DNA of 64,000 nucleotides from Candidatus Latescibacterota bacterium (GCA_965217865.1 CBDCJO010000002.1:4672001-4736000); one strand, 5' to 3'. Numbered from the stretch's first letter, positions 39,323-49,268 are shown. Numbers and translations are program-made. Notes: generated by a model from the sequence alone, not told the origin.

Positions 39323-40144
39323 TCATCGCTTGACGAAGAACATGATATACTCGTGCTTGAAGACATAGAATCCCCCTGCCAGCGCACGGTATTTCCAGAG
39401 GTGGAGCTGGTTGCGTTTCCCGCGGTTTTCCTGAATGTCCTTCACGCAGATACTCTTGAGCTGAAATCCCTCTCGTATGACGACCTGCATGGCCTCGAAA
39501 CCGAGAGGTACCCATTCTCCTCTTGCATATTTGTCCCCGATGACCAGGACCAGGTAGCGCCCAGGTTCCAACAAAGCCGAGGCCTTCCTCACGATTTCAG
39601 AAAGGCCGTCGCAGAAGGCCATTAAAGAAGGCGCGTTGGAGAGGTCCTCCTGTGATTCGCTGAATCGAATGATGTCGTGGTAGGGGGGGTGCAGAATCAG
39701 GAGCTGGATCGATTCACTCCCGATGTCGCCAAGGTGGGAACGGACCTTTCCCCACACCGCTTCGGATTGGCTGTCCCCGGTGATGACCGCAGTGGTGATC
39801 CCGTGCGGGTTCTCCTGGGAAGCGATCCGCTTTCTCGCTTCTTTGGCCACATCCCCATTTAAGTCGATCCCGATTCCGTGTCTGCCCAGGCGTCGGCATT
39901 CGATCAGCGTGGTGCCCGATCCAAGAAAGGGGTCCAGAACGATCTCGCCGGGCTTCGAAAACCGGCAGAGGGCCTGTGTGGCGATCTGGGGGATAAAGTT
40001 CCCCCAGTAGTCACCATCGTGGGACCCGCTCTTTCCGCGCTCCGGCATGAGCCAGAGGCTGTCTGTGAGGACCGTCGGGTATTCCTTCCATCGCTTCAGG
40101 TCAATATCGCTGAAAGGCGTGGTTTTCGGTGCGCCGGCTTTCAA
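39323..40144 (-). CDS. Orphan amino-methyltransferase (N4/N6 DNA methylase or Trm11-like)
   Basis: GNFIPQI, LDPFLGSGTT (SAM binding) preceding catalytic HPPY; HEYI. Confidence 0.8.
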   Translation of the reverse strand: MKAGAPKTTPFSDIDLKRWKEYPTVLTDSLWLMPERGKSGSHDGDYWGNFIPQIATQALCRFSKPGEIVLDPFLGSGTTLIECRRLGRHGIGIDLNGDVAKEARKRIASQENPHGITTAVITGDSQSEAVWGKVRSHLGDIGSESIQLLILHPPYHDIIRFSESQEDLSNAPSLMAFCDGLSEIVRKASALLEPGRYLVLVIGDKYARGEWVPLGFEAMQVVIREGFQLKSICVKDIQENRGKRNQLHLWKYRALAGGFYVFKHEYIMFFVKR

Positions 40145-40266
40145 AAGCGTTCCCTTGGATGGAGATAGGGCCGCCTGATCATTCGCGATTCAGGCGGCCC
40201 TTGAATTTTAGGTTCCGATGCGACCCACTCCGGGTTGTTCGCAGGCAGGGTTCACAACCCCTCCTG

Positions 40267-42648
40267 TTAACACTTCGACCATCCACAGTGATGGCAGACG
40301 AGGCATCCGGTCTCGTGAGCGACCGTTGAACCACACTCCGGACACGTGACCAGTAAATGAACACGCCCGGGCCCATCTTTTATACCGGTTGGCTCCCCGG
40401 TCTCTCCATTCCCCGTCGGATCGGCCACCGTCGGCTTCCCCTCCCTTTCATCCATATAGATCTCCAGTGCTTTGCCGATGGCATCCGGGGTGGACAGGAT
40501 GAGCTGTCCGTTCTCCCAGACCGGGGTCGGTCCGGAGATGCCCTTGAGCTCCTCCACGATCTCTCGAGGTTCGATTCCGGACCTGAGACACAGGGAGATC
40601 AGTCTGCTGATGGCCTCAGATTGCGCTGCTGCGTTTCCGCCCGCCTTCCCGATGGTCGTGAAGACTTCGCACAACCCGAGATCGTCTTCATTGATCGTGA
40701 GGTAGAGGTTTCCCTCGCCTGTCCGGACCCGCTTCGTGACCCCCTTCGTCGTAGCCGGGCGCTTGCGGGGGTGGTGTCCCCTTCCCTTTTGACCGGTCGC
40801 TTTTGGATCTCCCTCCTGCTTGGAGGCGAAGCTGTCGGTTTGAAGGATGCCCGTCCGGGATCCTTCTCGATAAACGGTCACCCCCTTCAGTCCCTCCTTG
40901 TATGCCGTGATATAGATGTCCGCAACGGTCTCCACGGAGATGTCCTGAGGTAGATTGATCGTGGATGAGATGGCCGAATCGACGTATTTCTGGATCACAC
41001 CCTGGAGTTTCACGCGAAAATATGGATCGATCTGGTGCGCGGTCCGTACATAATCGGGCAGGTTTTCATCCCCTCCGAACAGTTTCTTGATGAGCGGATG
41101 GTAGACCTTGTAGTCCTTGAAAGACTCCCCGTCTGCCTGCTTGACCCTCCTGTGGTAGGAGGTGCAAAAGATCGGCTCGATGCCGGAGGAGGTTTCCGCA
41201 ACGATCGAACCGGTTCCTACCGGAGGCACGGTGATCACGGTTCCGTTCCTTATTCCGTGCCTCTGGATCTTTTCCTGCAGCTCCCCCGGCAGCCTCTGGA
41301 TGAATTCGCTCTTGGCGAACCCCTCCCATTCGAAAGCGGGAAACGGCCCCCGCTCTTTGGCCATTTCCACTGACTCGTCATAGGCCTCATAACAGATGGT
41401 CGCCATGATCTGGTCCGTCTGGTTGAGGGCCTCCTGGGAGTCGTAAGGGATTTTCATGGCCACCAGGGCGTCGCCAAGCCCGGTGATACCCAGGCCCACA
41501 CGCCGGTCCGACGCGACGGCCTCCTTGATCTTCGGCAGCGCGTGATTCGACATGTTGTATGTGATAACGTTTTCCATGAAGCGCGTGGCGATACGCGTTG
41601 TGCGCTTCAAGTCCTCCTGGTCGAAGCTCCCATCCTCCCGCACGCACCTGAGGAGGTTGATGTTCCCCAGGTTGCAGGCGGTATAGGATGCCAGGGGTTG
41701 TTCCCCACAGGGATTTGTTGAACTGAGTGGATTGATATACTCCACGTTATGGCACGCCTTTGTCCGATCCCAGAAGATGACGCCGGGTTCCGCAGAGGCG
41801 TGTGCGTTCCGAATGATTTTATTCCAGAGCCACCGTGCCTTCAAGGTCTTGTATACTTTCCCTCCCCATCGGAGGTCGAAGTCTTGGTCGTTGATCACGG
41901 CCTCCATGAACTCATCGGTGGCCAGGACAGAGATGTTGGCATACTGCACCTTTAATCTCTTGGGATCATTCTTGATGACGATGAAGTCCTCAATGTCAGG
42001 GTGATCCACCCTCAGTGTGAGCATGAGCGCCCCTCTCCGGCCGGCCTGTGCCACCGTGTTGGTGCTCTCCGAGAGGAGATGCATAAATGCCGTGGACCCG
42101 GGAGACGTATCCACCGTCGCGTTGACCGATGAGCCCTTGGGTCGGAGAATGGAAAGGTCTGTGCCGACTCCCCCGCCCGTTCGGTAGACCATGGCTGATT
42201 CGGTGAGGCAGCGATAGATTCCCTCGATGCTGTCCTCTTCGATCGGGATAACATAACAGTTGCTGAGCGTCGGCCGCCGTTTGGCTTCCTCCCTTCCTGC
42301 GCCGTGCATGGCGCGTCCACCCGGGATGAACTTGAAGTCCTTTAAGATGGAGAAGAAGGCCTGATACCATCGTCCCTGCTCGTGTTCAACAGACGCCATG
42401 GCCCGGGCGACCCGATCCCACATCTGAAACGGACCATTCTCGCCGGGGGCCAGGTATTTATTCCGCATTACATCCGCTGCTAAGGTATTGTCAGCGTAGT
42501 AGAGATCGGCGTCAAACGATTTGTCTGGAGGGGCTTGGGGTTCAGCCTTATGTTTTGTCGGTGGGGTTTTTTGGTCCGCCACTGCCACCCGATCCACACC
42601 TCCATTTCCTGCAGCATCGTGAACCCTCGACTTGCCGTTGCCTGACAT
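40267..42648 (-). CDS. nrdJ: Adenosylcobalamin-dependent (class II) ribonucleotide reductase with C-terminal TSCPD-like and Zn-ribbon region
   Basis: LSNCYV, GGGVG, RRGALM, TNPCGEQPL, CNLGNINL, SSGIEP, KGVTVYREGSR, CPECG..CHHCGWSKC; no beta-subunit gene nearby. Confidence 0.92.
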   Translation of the reverse strand: MSGNGKSRVHDAAGNGGVDRVAVADQKTPPTKHKAEPQAPPDKSFDADLYYADNTLAADVMRNKYLAPGENGPFQMWDRVARAMASVEHEQGRWYQAFFSILKDFKFIPGGRAMHGAGREEAKRRPTLSNCYVIPIEEDSIEGIYRCLTESAMVYRTGGGVGTDLSILRPKGSSVNATVDTSPGSTAFMHLLSESTNTVAQAGRRGALMLTLRVDHPDIEDFIVIKNDPKRLKVQYANISVLATDEFMEAVINDQDFDLRWGGKVYKTLKARWLWNKIIRNAHASAEPGVIFWDRTKACHNVEYINPLSSTNPCGEQPLASYTACNLGNINLLRCVREDGSFDQEDLKRTTRIATRFMENVITYNMSNHALPKIKEAVASDRRVGLGITGLGDALVAMKIPYDSQEALNQTDQIMATICYEAYDESVEMAKERGPFPAFEWEGFAKSEFIQRLPGELQEKIQRHGIRNGTVITVPPVGTGSIVAETSSGIEPIFCTSYHRRVKQADGESFKDYKVYHPLIKKLFGGDENLPDYVRTAHQIDPYFRVKLQGVIQKYVDSAISSTINLPQDISVETVADIYITAYKEGLKGVTVYREGSRTGILQTDSFASKQEGDPKATGQKGRGHHPRKRPATTKGVTKRVRTGEGNLYLTINEDDLGLCEVFTTIGKAGGNAAAQSEAISRLISLCLRSGIEPREIVEELKGISGPTPVWENGQLILSTPDAIGKALEIYMDEREGKPTVADPTGNGETGEPTGIKDGPGRVHLLVTCPECGSTVAHETGCLVCHHCGWSKC

Positions 42649-42980
42649 GAATGCGCCCTCCTTCGGTATGGAATGACTTAACCCCAATTCGAAAACGTTG
42701 TCAACGCAATCCCCCATTGCTGGGTTTGGTTTTTCGGAGAGATTTCCCCCCCCGCTTCGATTTTATTCGCGATCGATTTCCAAAATGTGAACGGGATGAA
42801 TGAAGGGGATTTTTTAGTTTGAAGTAAAGGATACCCCTAGCCGCTCCGGATCCTTGCGGGCGACGTGAACGTGGGAGAACGTTGAAAGGGGATTATAGCG
42901 AGTTGGAGCACGGCTCCTCGCCACCGCGTGGGGGGAACGAATCAAGGGGATTCAATCCGGGTGGCAAGGTGCGATTCGGG

Positions 42981-43451
42981 TCAACCGCCTTTCTTGGGGA
43001 TGGTTCCTAGCTGTCGAAGTTCCTCCGCAAACTCATTCAAGTCTTTGAAGTGGTAATAAACGGAGGCGAACCGGATATAAGCGATATGGTCAAGGGATTT
43101 CAACTCGTCCATCACCAGGAGCCCGACATCCTTTTTAGCGTTGATCTCCCGCTCTCCAAGCCCTACCAGTTTGGCCTCGATCCGATCGACGATCTCTTCG
43201 ATTTTAGCGGTGGGGATAGGGCGCTTGTTGCAAGCGATCTGAAGCTTTGAAAACAACTTGCTCCGGTCGAACGGTTCCCGCCGACCATCGGACTTGATTA
43301 CGGTGATCGGCATGTCTTCTATGTATTCGTACGTGGTGAACCGTCTCCCGCAACTCAGGCATTCCCGGCGTCTACGAATAGAATTTCCCTCTTTGCTGGA
43401 CCTGGAATCGACGACTTTGTCTTCCAGGGAATCGCAATAGGGACATCGCAT
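42981..43451 (-). CDS. nrdR: Transcriptional repressor NrdR
   Basis: MRCPYC...RRRRECLSCGRRFTTYE, ATP cone, AYIRFASVY. Confidence 0.97.
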   Translation of the reverse strand: MRCPYCDSLEDKVVDSRSSKEGNSIRRRRECLSCGRRFTTYEYIEDMPITVIKSDGRREPFDRSKLFSKLQIACNKRPIPTAKIEEIVDRIEAKLVGLGEREINAKKDVGLLVMDELKSLDHIAYIRFASVYYHFKDLNEFAEELRQLGTIPKKGG

Positions 43452-43465
43452 GGAGACTCCTTCAC

Positions 43466-43518
43466 CAACTAATTGTTGTAGTCGGATTCAAATATAATAC
43501 AAAATGTTGTGTTGTCAA
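43466..43518 (-). promoter_or_regulatory. Tandem NrdR boxes overlapping the nrdR promoter
   Basis: CAACTAATTGTTGTAG (43466-43481) and ATACAAAATGTTGTGT (43497-43512), 31 bp apart, versus consensus acaCwAtATaTwGtgt; minus-strand TTGACA-N16-TATATT. Confidence 0.75.
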
Positions 43519-43970
43519 GTGGATTTTCCGGCTTTTTTTTCATATTCGGAAATCTTCCGAACCCTTCTCTGGTGCCTCTCGCCTTCAAATCCGGTACTGA
43601 GCCAGGTTTGCAGGATCCCTGCCGCACTTTGAGGGTCGGTGGTCCGACCCCCGAGGACAAGGATGTTCGCGTCGTTGTGGCGGCGGCTCATCTCCGCCAT
43701 CTCGTCAGAGGTACAGAGCGCTGCCCTGATTCCCGCCACCTTGTTTGCGACATAAGACATCCCCAGCCCGGTGCCACAGACAAGAAGGCCCCGCTGGGCG
43801 TCCCCTCGTGAAATGGCCTCGGCCACAGCAAACCCGAAATCCGGATAGTCCACCGACTCCTCAGAGTGGGTACCAAGATCCACCACCTCATTCCCCTTCT
43901 CAATAAGGTGTGCCTTGAGACGCTCCTTGAGGGAGAATCCGGCGTGATCGCTTCCGACGGCGAACTTCAT
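43515..43970 (-). CDS. rpiB: Ribose-5-phosphate isomerase B
   Basis: GSDHAG, DYPD, CGTGLG, HNDAN, RHQRRV. Confidence 0.95.
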   Translation of the reverse strand: MKFAVGSDHAGFSLKERLKAHLIEKGNEVVDLGTHSEESVDYPDFGFAVAEAISRGDAQRGLLVCGTGLGMSYVANKVAGIRAALCTSDEMAEMSRRHNDANILVLGGRTTDPQSAAGILQTWLSTGFEGERHQRRVRKISEYEKKAGKST

Positions 43971-44929
43971 CGAGAATGGCCCTTTCGACCGATCACCTCA
44001 CGTGCCGCTCCGGCAATCTCCGCCGATGTAAGCCCGTAAGCCTGCAACAGCTCAAGTCCCTTGCCGGACTCGGCAAAACAGTCCTTCAAACCGATCCTTC
44101 TCATCGGGACAGGGGTTTGCTCCACCAGGACTTCAGCAACGGCGCTGCCCAGGCCCCCAATGATGTTGTGTTCCTCGGCCGTAACGACCGCACCGGTCTC
44201 TTCCGCGCATTTAGAGATCAGTTCCCCGTCCACGGGTTTGATCGTGGCCATGTTGACAACACGTGCCCGGATGCCTTCTGCGTCGAGGATGTCACGGGCA
44301 TCGAGCGCGATGTTCACCATAAACCCACACGCGATGAGGGTCACATCGTCCCCATCGGCCAGGAGGTCACCTTTTCCGGTCTGGAAATCATAAGTGTCAT
44401 CATAAAGGACAGGAAATTTCTCCCGAGAACCCCGGATGAAAACGGGCCCGGGGATGTCTACGGCGGCAGCAACGGCCTTTCCCATTTCCGTGGCATCAGC
44501 CGGGACGATAACAGTGAGATTTGGAAGGGATCGGACGGCCCCGATGTCCTCCACGGACTGCTGTGAAACCCCGTCGTCCCCCACGGTTATTCCGCCATGG
44601 CTGACCACGGCCTTGACCGGGAGGTTGGGATAGCAGACCACCTGGCGAAAGGGCTCCAGGGCCCGGCAGAAAAAGATCGCGAAGGTCGAGAAGAAGGGGA
44701 CCTTGCCGGTCGCCGCAAACCCAGCGGCCGTGCCGACCATATCCTGTTCAGAGATCCCCATATTGAAGAACCGGTCCGGGAACTTTTCTCCGAATTTTCC
44801 GGTCCGGGTGGAGGTTGAAAGATCGGCATCCAGCACCACGATATCGGGATTGTCCCTCGCAAGCTCGATTAAGGTCTCGGCGTACCTGTCGCGAGGAGCG
44901 ACCATCTCACCTCGGATGGCTGTGCTCAA
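43967..44929 (-). CDS. Transketolase, C-terminal (pyrimidine-binding) subunit
   Basis: LDADLS, NMGISEQ, VTAEEHNIIGGLGSAVAE. Confidence 0.9.
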   Translation of the reverse strand: MSTAIRGEMVAPRDRYAETLIELARDNPDIVVLDADLSTSTRTGKFGEKFPDRFFNMGISEQDMVGTAAGFAATGKVPFFSTFAIFFCRALEPFRQVVCYPNLPVKAVVSHGGITVGDDGVSQQSVEDIGAVRSLPNLTVIVPADATEMGKAVAAAVDIPGPVFIRGSREKFPVLYDDTYDFQTGKGDLLADGDDVTLIACGFMVNIALDARDILDAEGIRARVVNMATIKPVDGELISKCAEETGAVVTAEEHNIIGGLGSAVAEVLVEQTPVPMRRIGLKDCFAESGKGLELLQAYGLTSAEIAGAAREVIGRKGHSR

Positions 44930-44985
44930 TTTGTACTCCTTATCGGTTTGGCATTCAAGTATACGGTCGGCTAGGCGTTGAACTC

Positions 44986-45816
44986 TTAAACGTGTTCAAG
45001 TTCCTTGAGGGCTACTGCGAGCTCATCGTCGGTCGGCGAGACCCCGTGGTACTTTGGATTGTTCGCGAAGATGGAGACGCCGCCCCCTTTGATGGTCTGG
45101 GCGATAATGGCCGTTGGTTTTCCCTTTATTGTCTCGGCTTGATCCAGGGCGTGGATCACCTGGGCGATGTCGTGGCCGTCGATGTCGATCACGTTCCAAC
45201 CGAAGGCCTTCCATTTGTCCGCCAAAGGTTCCAGGTTCATGATGTTCTCGACGAATCCATCCTGTTGGATCCTGTTCCGGTCGGCGATTACACACAGGTT
45301 GTCCGACCGGTAATGCGCAGCGCTCATGGCCCCCTCCCAGACCATACCCTCCTCCATCTCACCATCGCCAAGAACTGCGTAGACCCGAGCATCCTTTTCG
45401 TCCAGTCGAAGTCCGAGGGACATGCCGTGAGCAACGGAAAGGCCCTGCCCCAGCGAACCGGTGGACATCTCGATACCCGGGAGGTCGATCATGCTCGGGT
45501 GACCCTGGAGACGGGAATTTTGCTTTCGAAGGGTCATCAATTCCGATCGGGGAAAATAGCCGACCTTGGCCATAATCGCATACAGCGCAGGAACGCCGTG
45601 TCCCTTAGACAACACCAATCGATCACGGTCCTCCCATTTCGGCTCCTGGGGCCGAAATCGCAGTTTGGCAAAGAAGAGCGCCACAAGGATTTCTACTGCG
45701 GAGAGGGACCCTCCGATGTGCCCGGATCCCGCGGCGTTCAGCATTTTGAGTATATCGATCCGGAGTTCGCGGGCAATATTTCCCAGTTCTTTAAGTTTTT
45801 CGTCGGATATAGGCAT
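44986..45816 (-). CDS. Transketolase, N-terminal (TPP-binding) subunit
   Basis: GHIGGSLS, DRLVLSKGH, LQGHP, TGSLGQG, GDGE. Confidence 0.92.
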   Translation of the reverse strand: MPISDEKLKELGNIARELRIDILKMLNAAGSGHIGGSLSAVEILVALFFAKLRFRPQEPKWEDRDRLVLSKGHGVPALYAIMAKVGYFPRSELMTLRKQNSRLQGHPSMIDLPGIEMSTGSLGQGLSVAHGMSLGLRLDEKDARVYAVLGDGEMEEGMVWEGAMSAAHYRSDNLCVIADRNRIQQDGFVENIMNLEPLADKWKAFGWNVIDIDGHDIAQVIHALDQAETIKGKPTAIIAQTIKGGGVSIFANNPKYHGVSPTDDELAVALKELEHV

Positions 45817-45847
45817 CGCTCCCCCAATTGGCTCACAACTGCAATAT

Positions 45848-45895
45848 CTACTATATATTGATGGGTATTTGATGTTTCTGGACGATATATAGTGT
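45848..45895 (-). promoter_or_regulatory. Tandem NrdR-box-like sites upstream of transketolase
   Basis: CTACTATATATTGATG (45848-45863) and GGACGATATATAGTGT (45880-45895), 32 bp apart. Confidence 0.72.
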
Positions 45896-46051
45896 TAGAA
45901 TATATTCAAATCCCATTCCGAAAGCAATGAAAATGTTTCTTGTCTTTTCTCCTTTAGATACCTATATTTAGAGACTTTTTCGGGTTCCATTTCCCCGGAA
46001 TCCTTTTCGATTTCCCCACCGAGTCTCCCTGAAATCCCCGTTGCTTTTCGG

Positions 46052-47491
46052 ATGTCATCAATATTTTCCCTCCTCAATCAGCTGGGATCAGAGCAGATCG
46101 ATCTCAAACGTCAGATCGTTCTCTCCCTTTACCAGAATCCGTTCTTGAATACTGAAGTCGAAGCCCTGTCCCTGCGCTTTGCACATCCTTCCGGGGTGGT
46201 AAGCAGGATCCTGGACGATCTCTGTGGCCGAGAGATCCTGGTACAGACCGGTTGGGGAGGATTGGGGCTTTCCCCATCTCCGGATATCTATGGCCATGTG
46301 GTTACCATGGCGAAGGAATGCGGGGTAGAGGAGGCCTCCCTCAGGAAGCAGATCTACGAATTGGAGACGACTGAACGTCTGAAGCAAAAACTGGCGGTGT
46401 CGAAACAGGAGGTGGAGGCCATCCTGGATATCGTTCCCGCGGGTGTCATGATCTTCGATCGGAACGGATCCCTCGTCAAGTCCAGTCGGGCGGCGTGGAA
46501 TATTCTGGGATTGAAGGAGGCACGGATGAGGGAGAAGGGGATATGGGAAGAGCTGGGCGTCTCGGAAAAGGCGGTCGAAGGGGCTTCGGACCAAACGCTT
46601 CCAGAGCTTTTGGGGGAAACGAAAGAACGACGTTGGGAGCTGGAGCGGGATCCCCCGGTGGAGATCGTGGCCCGGCCTTTTTCATTGGGGCCGGAGGGAA
46701 AGGGAATCATTCTCACTGTCAGGGATATTTCTGTACGGCGTGCAGCTGAGGAAGCAGCGGCCAGGCTTCGAGGGGATTTTTTCTCGATGATCCGACACGA
46801 ACTTATCAAACCCTTAATCGGAATCGAACGTGCCATAGGGAGTTTCGGGGGAAACGTCCTGTTGGATGAGTCGGAACGTGACGGTCTTTTCGATAACGCC
46901 CGTGCGGGGTTGAAGCGGATCAAGTCTATGATCGATGACATGCTTCTTCTGGCCAGGCTTGAGCGAGATCCGATGGCCGTCTCCCCGGGAGATACCATTC
47001 TGCTGACCTTATTGCTTACCAGCGCCGAACTCACCTTTCGGGAAAGGGCTGCCGAGGGCGGATTGTGTTTAAAAAGCGAAATCCCTGATGATGATGTGGA
47101 GTTTATGGGGGATGAGAATCGCATTATGCAGGTCCTGGATAATCTGCTGGACAATGCCATCAAATTCACTCCGCCCGGAGGATTGATCGTGCTCACCGGG
47201 AAACGAAACCCGGGGGGGGAGTGGGTAGAGATTTCAGTATCCGATACCGGCATCGGTATTCATCCGTCGGAGAAGGACCGTATCTTTACGAAATTCTACC
47301 AGGTGGAGCAGGGACCCGATCGAAAAGTAGGACTGGGCCTGGGTCTGGCGATCTGTCAGGGGATCGTGTCGTCCCACGGAGGACGGATCGAGCTCGAGAG
47401 CGGGGCAGACTCCGGAACGACGGTGACGGTCCTGCTACCGGGGGATCAGATTAAACAGAAATCGGGAGTGAAGAGTCGGAATTCAGGATGA
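46052..47491 (+). CDS. Cytoplasmic sensor histidine kinase (possible wHTH N-terminus, PAS, HisKA, HATPase)
   Basis: RHELIKPL H-box, NLLDNAIKFT, DTGIGI, GLGLGLAIC; no TM segment. Confidence 0.9.
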   Translation: MSSIFSLLNQLGSEQIDLKRQIVLSLYQNPFLNTEVEALSLRFAHPSGVVSRILDDLCGREILVQTGWGGLGLSPSPDIYGHVVTMAKECGVEEASLRKQIYELETTERLKQKLAVSKQEVEAILDIVPAGVMIFDRNGSLVKSSRAAWNILGLKEARMREKGIWEELGVSEKAVEGASDQTLPELLGETKERRWELERDPPVEIVARPFSLGPEGKGIILTVRDISVRRAAEEAAARLRGDFFSMIRHELIKPLIGIERAIGSFGGNVLLDESERDGLFDNARAGLKRIKSMIDDMLLLARLERDPMAVSPGDTILLTLLLTSAELTFRERAAEGGLCLKSEIPDDDVEFMGDENRIMQVLDNLLDNAIKFTPPGGLIVLTGKRNPGGEWVEISVSDTGIGIHPSEKDRIFTKFYQVEQGPDRKVGLGLGLAICQGIVSSHGGRIELESGADSGTTVTVLLPGDQIKQKSGVKSRNSG

Positions 47492-47560
47492 ACGTCCTGC
47501 GTCCGGACTCGAATGTCGGTAACGAACCGCTTTGATTCTGGAAAAGGATGCGCTCGAGCC

Positions 47561-48238
47561 ATGAATCCCCAAACCATCTTGATCGTGGATGACGATCCGA
47601 GTACGCTCAGATTTCTTCACCAGCGTCTCCGGGTCGTTGCTGCGGAAGGCGGAAACGAAGCCCTCAAGAGGCTTGCAGAGGAAGAGATCGATCTGGTTCT
47701 ATTAGATGTTTCCATGCCGGATATCAGCGGTTACGAGGTCCGGGATCGAATGAAGAATGACCCTCAAAAAAGCCGTATTCCGGTGATGTTCTTGACGGTC
47801 ATGGACAGCCGCGAGGATGAAAGGAAAGGGCTCAAGGAAGGGGTGATCGATTATCTGAGCAAGGAGATTTTAACGCCGGACCGAATCGACCTCCTGATCT
47901 ATCGCATTCGCAACTTCTTCTCGTGGCAGGAAAATGAAAGGTTGCGGGGGATTCTTGCCACCATCGTGTCCGTAAACCACGAGATCAACAACCCGCTTAT
48001 GGTTATCCTTGCCGACACGCATCGGCTTGCCAGGTCGGAGAAACACAAGAAGGAGTTCAAGGAGCAGGGCATCCTGACCCATATCGAGGGAAAGTGTATG
48101 GAGATCAAACATTGCCTAAAGCGAATTTCGGACCTCAGCACGTGGGATTCAAAACCGTATGTGGAGGGTGTGGAGATGCTGAATCTTGGGATCGCTCCGG
48201 ATCGAGGCAAACCCCTAAGGTGGATCGTTTATGGATGA
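47561..48238 (+). CDS. Response regulator receiver fused to a HisKA-like (DHp) helix lacking HATPase
   Basis: ILIVDDD, LLDVSMP, FLT, DYLSK; then SVNHEINNPL. Confidence 0.85.
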   Translation: MNPQTILIVDDDPSTLRFLHQRLRVVAAEGGNEALKRLAEEEIDLVLLDVSMPDISGYEVRDRMKNDPQKSRIPVMFLTVMDSREDERKGLKEGVIDYLSKEILTPDRIDLLIYRIRNFFSWQENERLRGILATIVSVNHEINNPLMVILADTHRLARSEKHKKEFKEQGILTHIEGKCMEIKHCLKRISDLSTWDSKPYVEGVEMLNLGIAPDRGKPLRWIVYG

Positions 48239-49268
48239 TATCGAAGATTTCATCAAACGTGCTTCTTGTTCGGAGACCGACGGTCGAGCCCGCATGAAGG
48301 CCGTTCATGTCCTCAAGTCTGCCAGCCTGTCGACACGGGACGCAGAGTCTCTTTGCGGTTTTCTCGAAAAGGCGGATGACCCGAATCACCGGGCCGCTGC
48401 GGCGCAGGTTCTGGGCCATCATCGGAAGGCGGGGTCCGATCCCGAAATCCTCGGTCACCTGATCGAGCGGTCCACGCGGGAGCGTGACCCGGGTGTTCTA
48501 AAAGCCATTGCCTTCGCCTTGAGGGGCCGAGATGAGGTATGTAGACTCCTGGAACATCCACGTCCGGAAGTAAGTCTTGAGGCGGTCTTCGGAGCCCCGC
48601 TGACAGGCCGTTCCCTGAAGGGTTTGCTGGGCCATTTCTTCCATTGTCGCGATGGAGCCCAGAAAGCAAAGATCGCGACCCGATTTCAAGGGGTGGGGAC
48701 GGCCGTGCTCAGGGAGATCGTCGAGTATCTTCACAGTGCGGAGCTCCCCGACGGTGGCGGAATTGCCGCGGATTTAGAGATCCTGCTGGAGACTTTTCCG
48801 CAAGAGGACATCTTCCCGATCGTAGCCGAGAAGGAAGGCGATATCAACGGCCTTCAAAACGGCCGAAGCTCCGGGTTCAAAGATCGCAGTCGAAGACGGA
48901 TGGTGATGGAAGTTTACCGAAAAGTGGTACTGGATTCCCCTTCGCTCGATCTTCTTATCGTCCTTTTGCGTCGGCTCAGGGACGAGGAGTCCTTTTATCA
49001 CGAAAACGTCCGATTTCTCCGGCAGATCTTCGGGAAGGTCATGACCCGGGATTGCAGAAGCCTTCTCGCTTGGTTTAAAAAGCTGGGGAAGGAAAGGCGG
49101 GGATCCCCTGTGCTGCGAATGGCCGAGATCCTATCGATCGTTTCCAGGGCCCATCCGAACATCAGGGGAGAGGCGAATATCCTTCTTAAGGCCTGGGCTC
49201 AGGAGACCCCTGAGGTCAATCTGCGAATCTACCACCTCAGGCTCCAGACGGCCAGGGGGGTGGGATAA
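48231..49268 (+). CDS. HEAT-repeat-like hypothetical protein
   Basis: HRAAAAQVLG, VLKAIAFAL helical repeats; overlaps the regulator stop codon. Confidence 0.6.
   Translation: MDDIEDFIKRASCSETDGRARMKAVHVLKSASLSTRDAESLCGFLEKADDPNHRAAAAQVLGHHRKAGSDPEILGHLIERSTRERDPGVLKAIAFALRGRDEVCRLLEHPRPEVSLEAVFGAPLTGRSLKGLLGHFFHCRDGAQKAKIATRFQGVGTAVLREIVEYLHSAELPDGGGIAADLEILLETFPQEDIFPIVAEKEGDINGLQNGRSSGFKDRSRRRMVMEVYRKVVLDSPSLDLLIVLLRRLRDEESFYHENVRFLRQIFGKVMTRDCRSLLAWFKKLGKERRGSPVLRMAEILSIVSRAHPNIRGEANILLKAWAQETPEVNLRIYHLRLQTARGVG

Noticed and set aside
42649-42980. Cobalamin riboswitch upstream of nrdJ
   Set aside because: No B12-box or conserved core motifs recognised on the coding strand.
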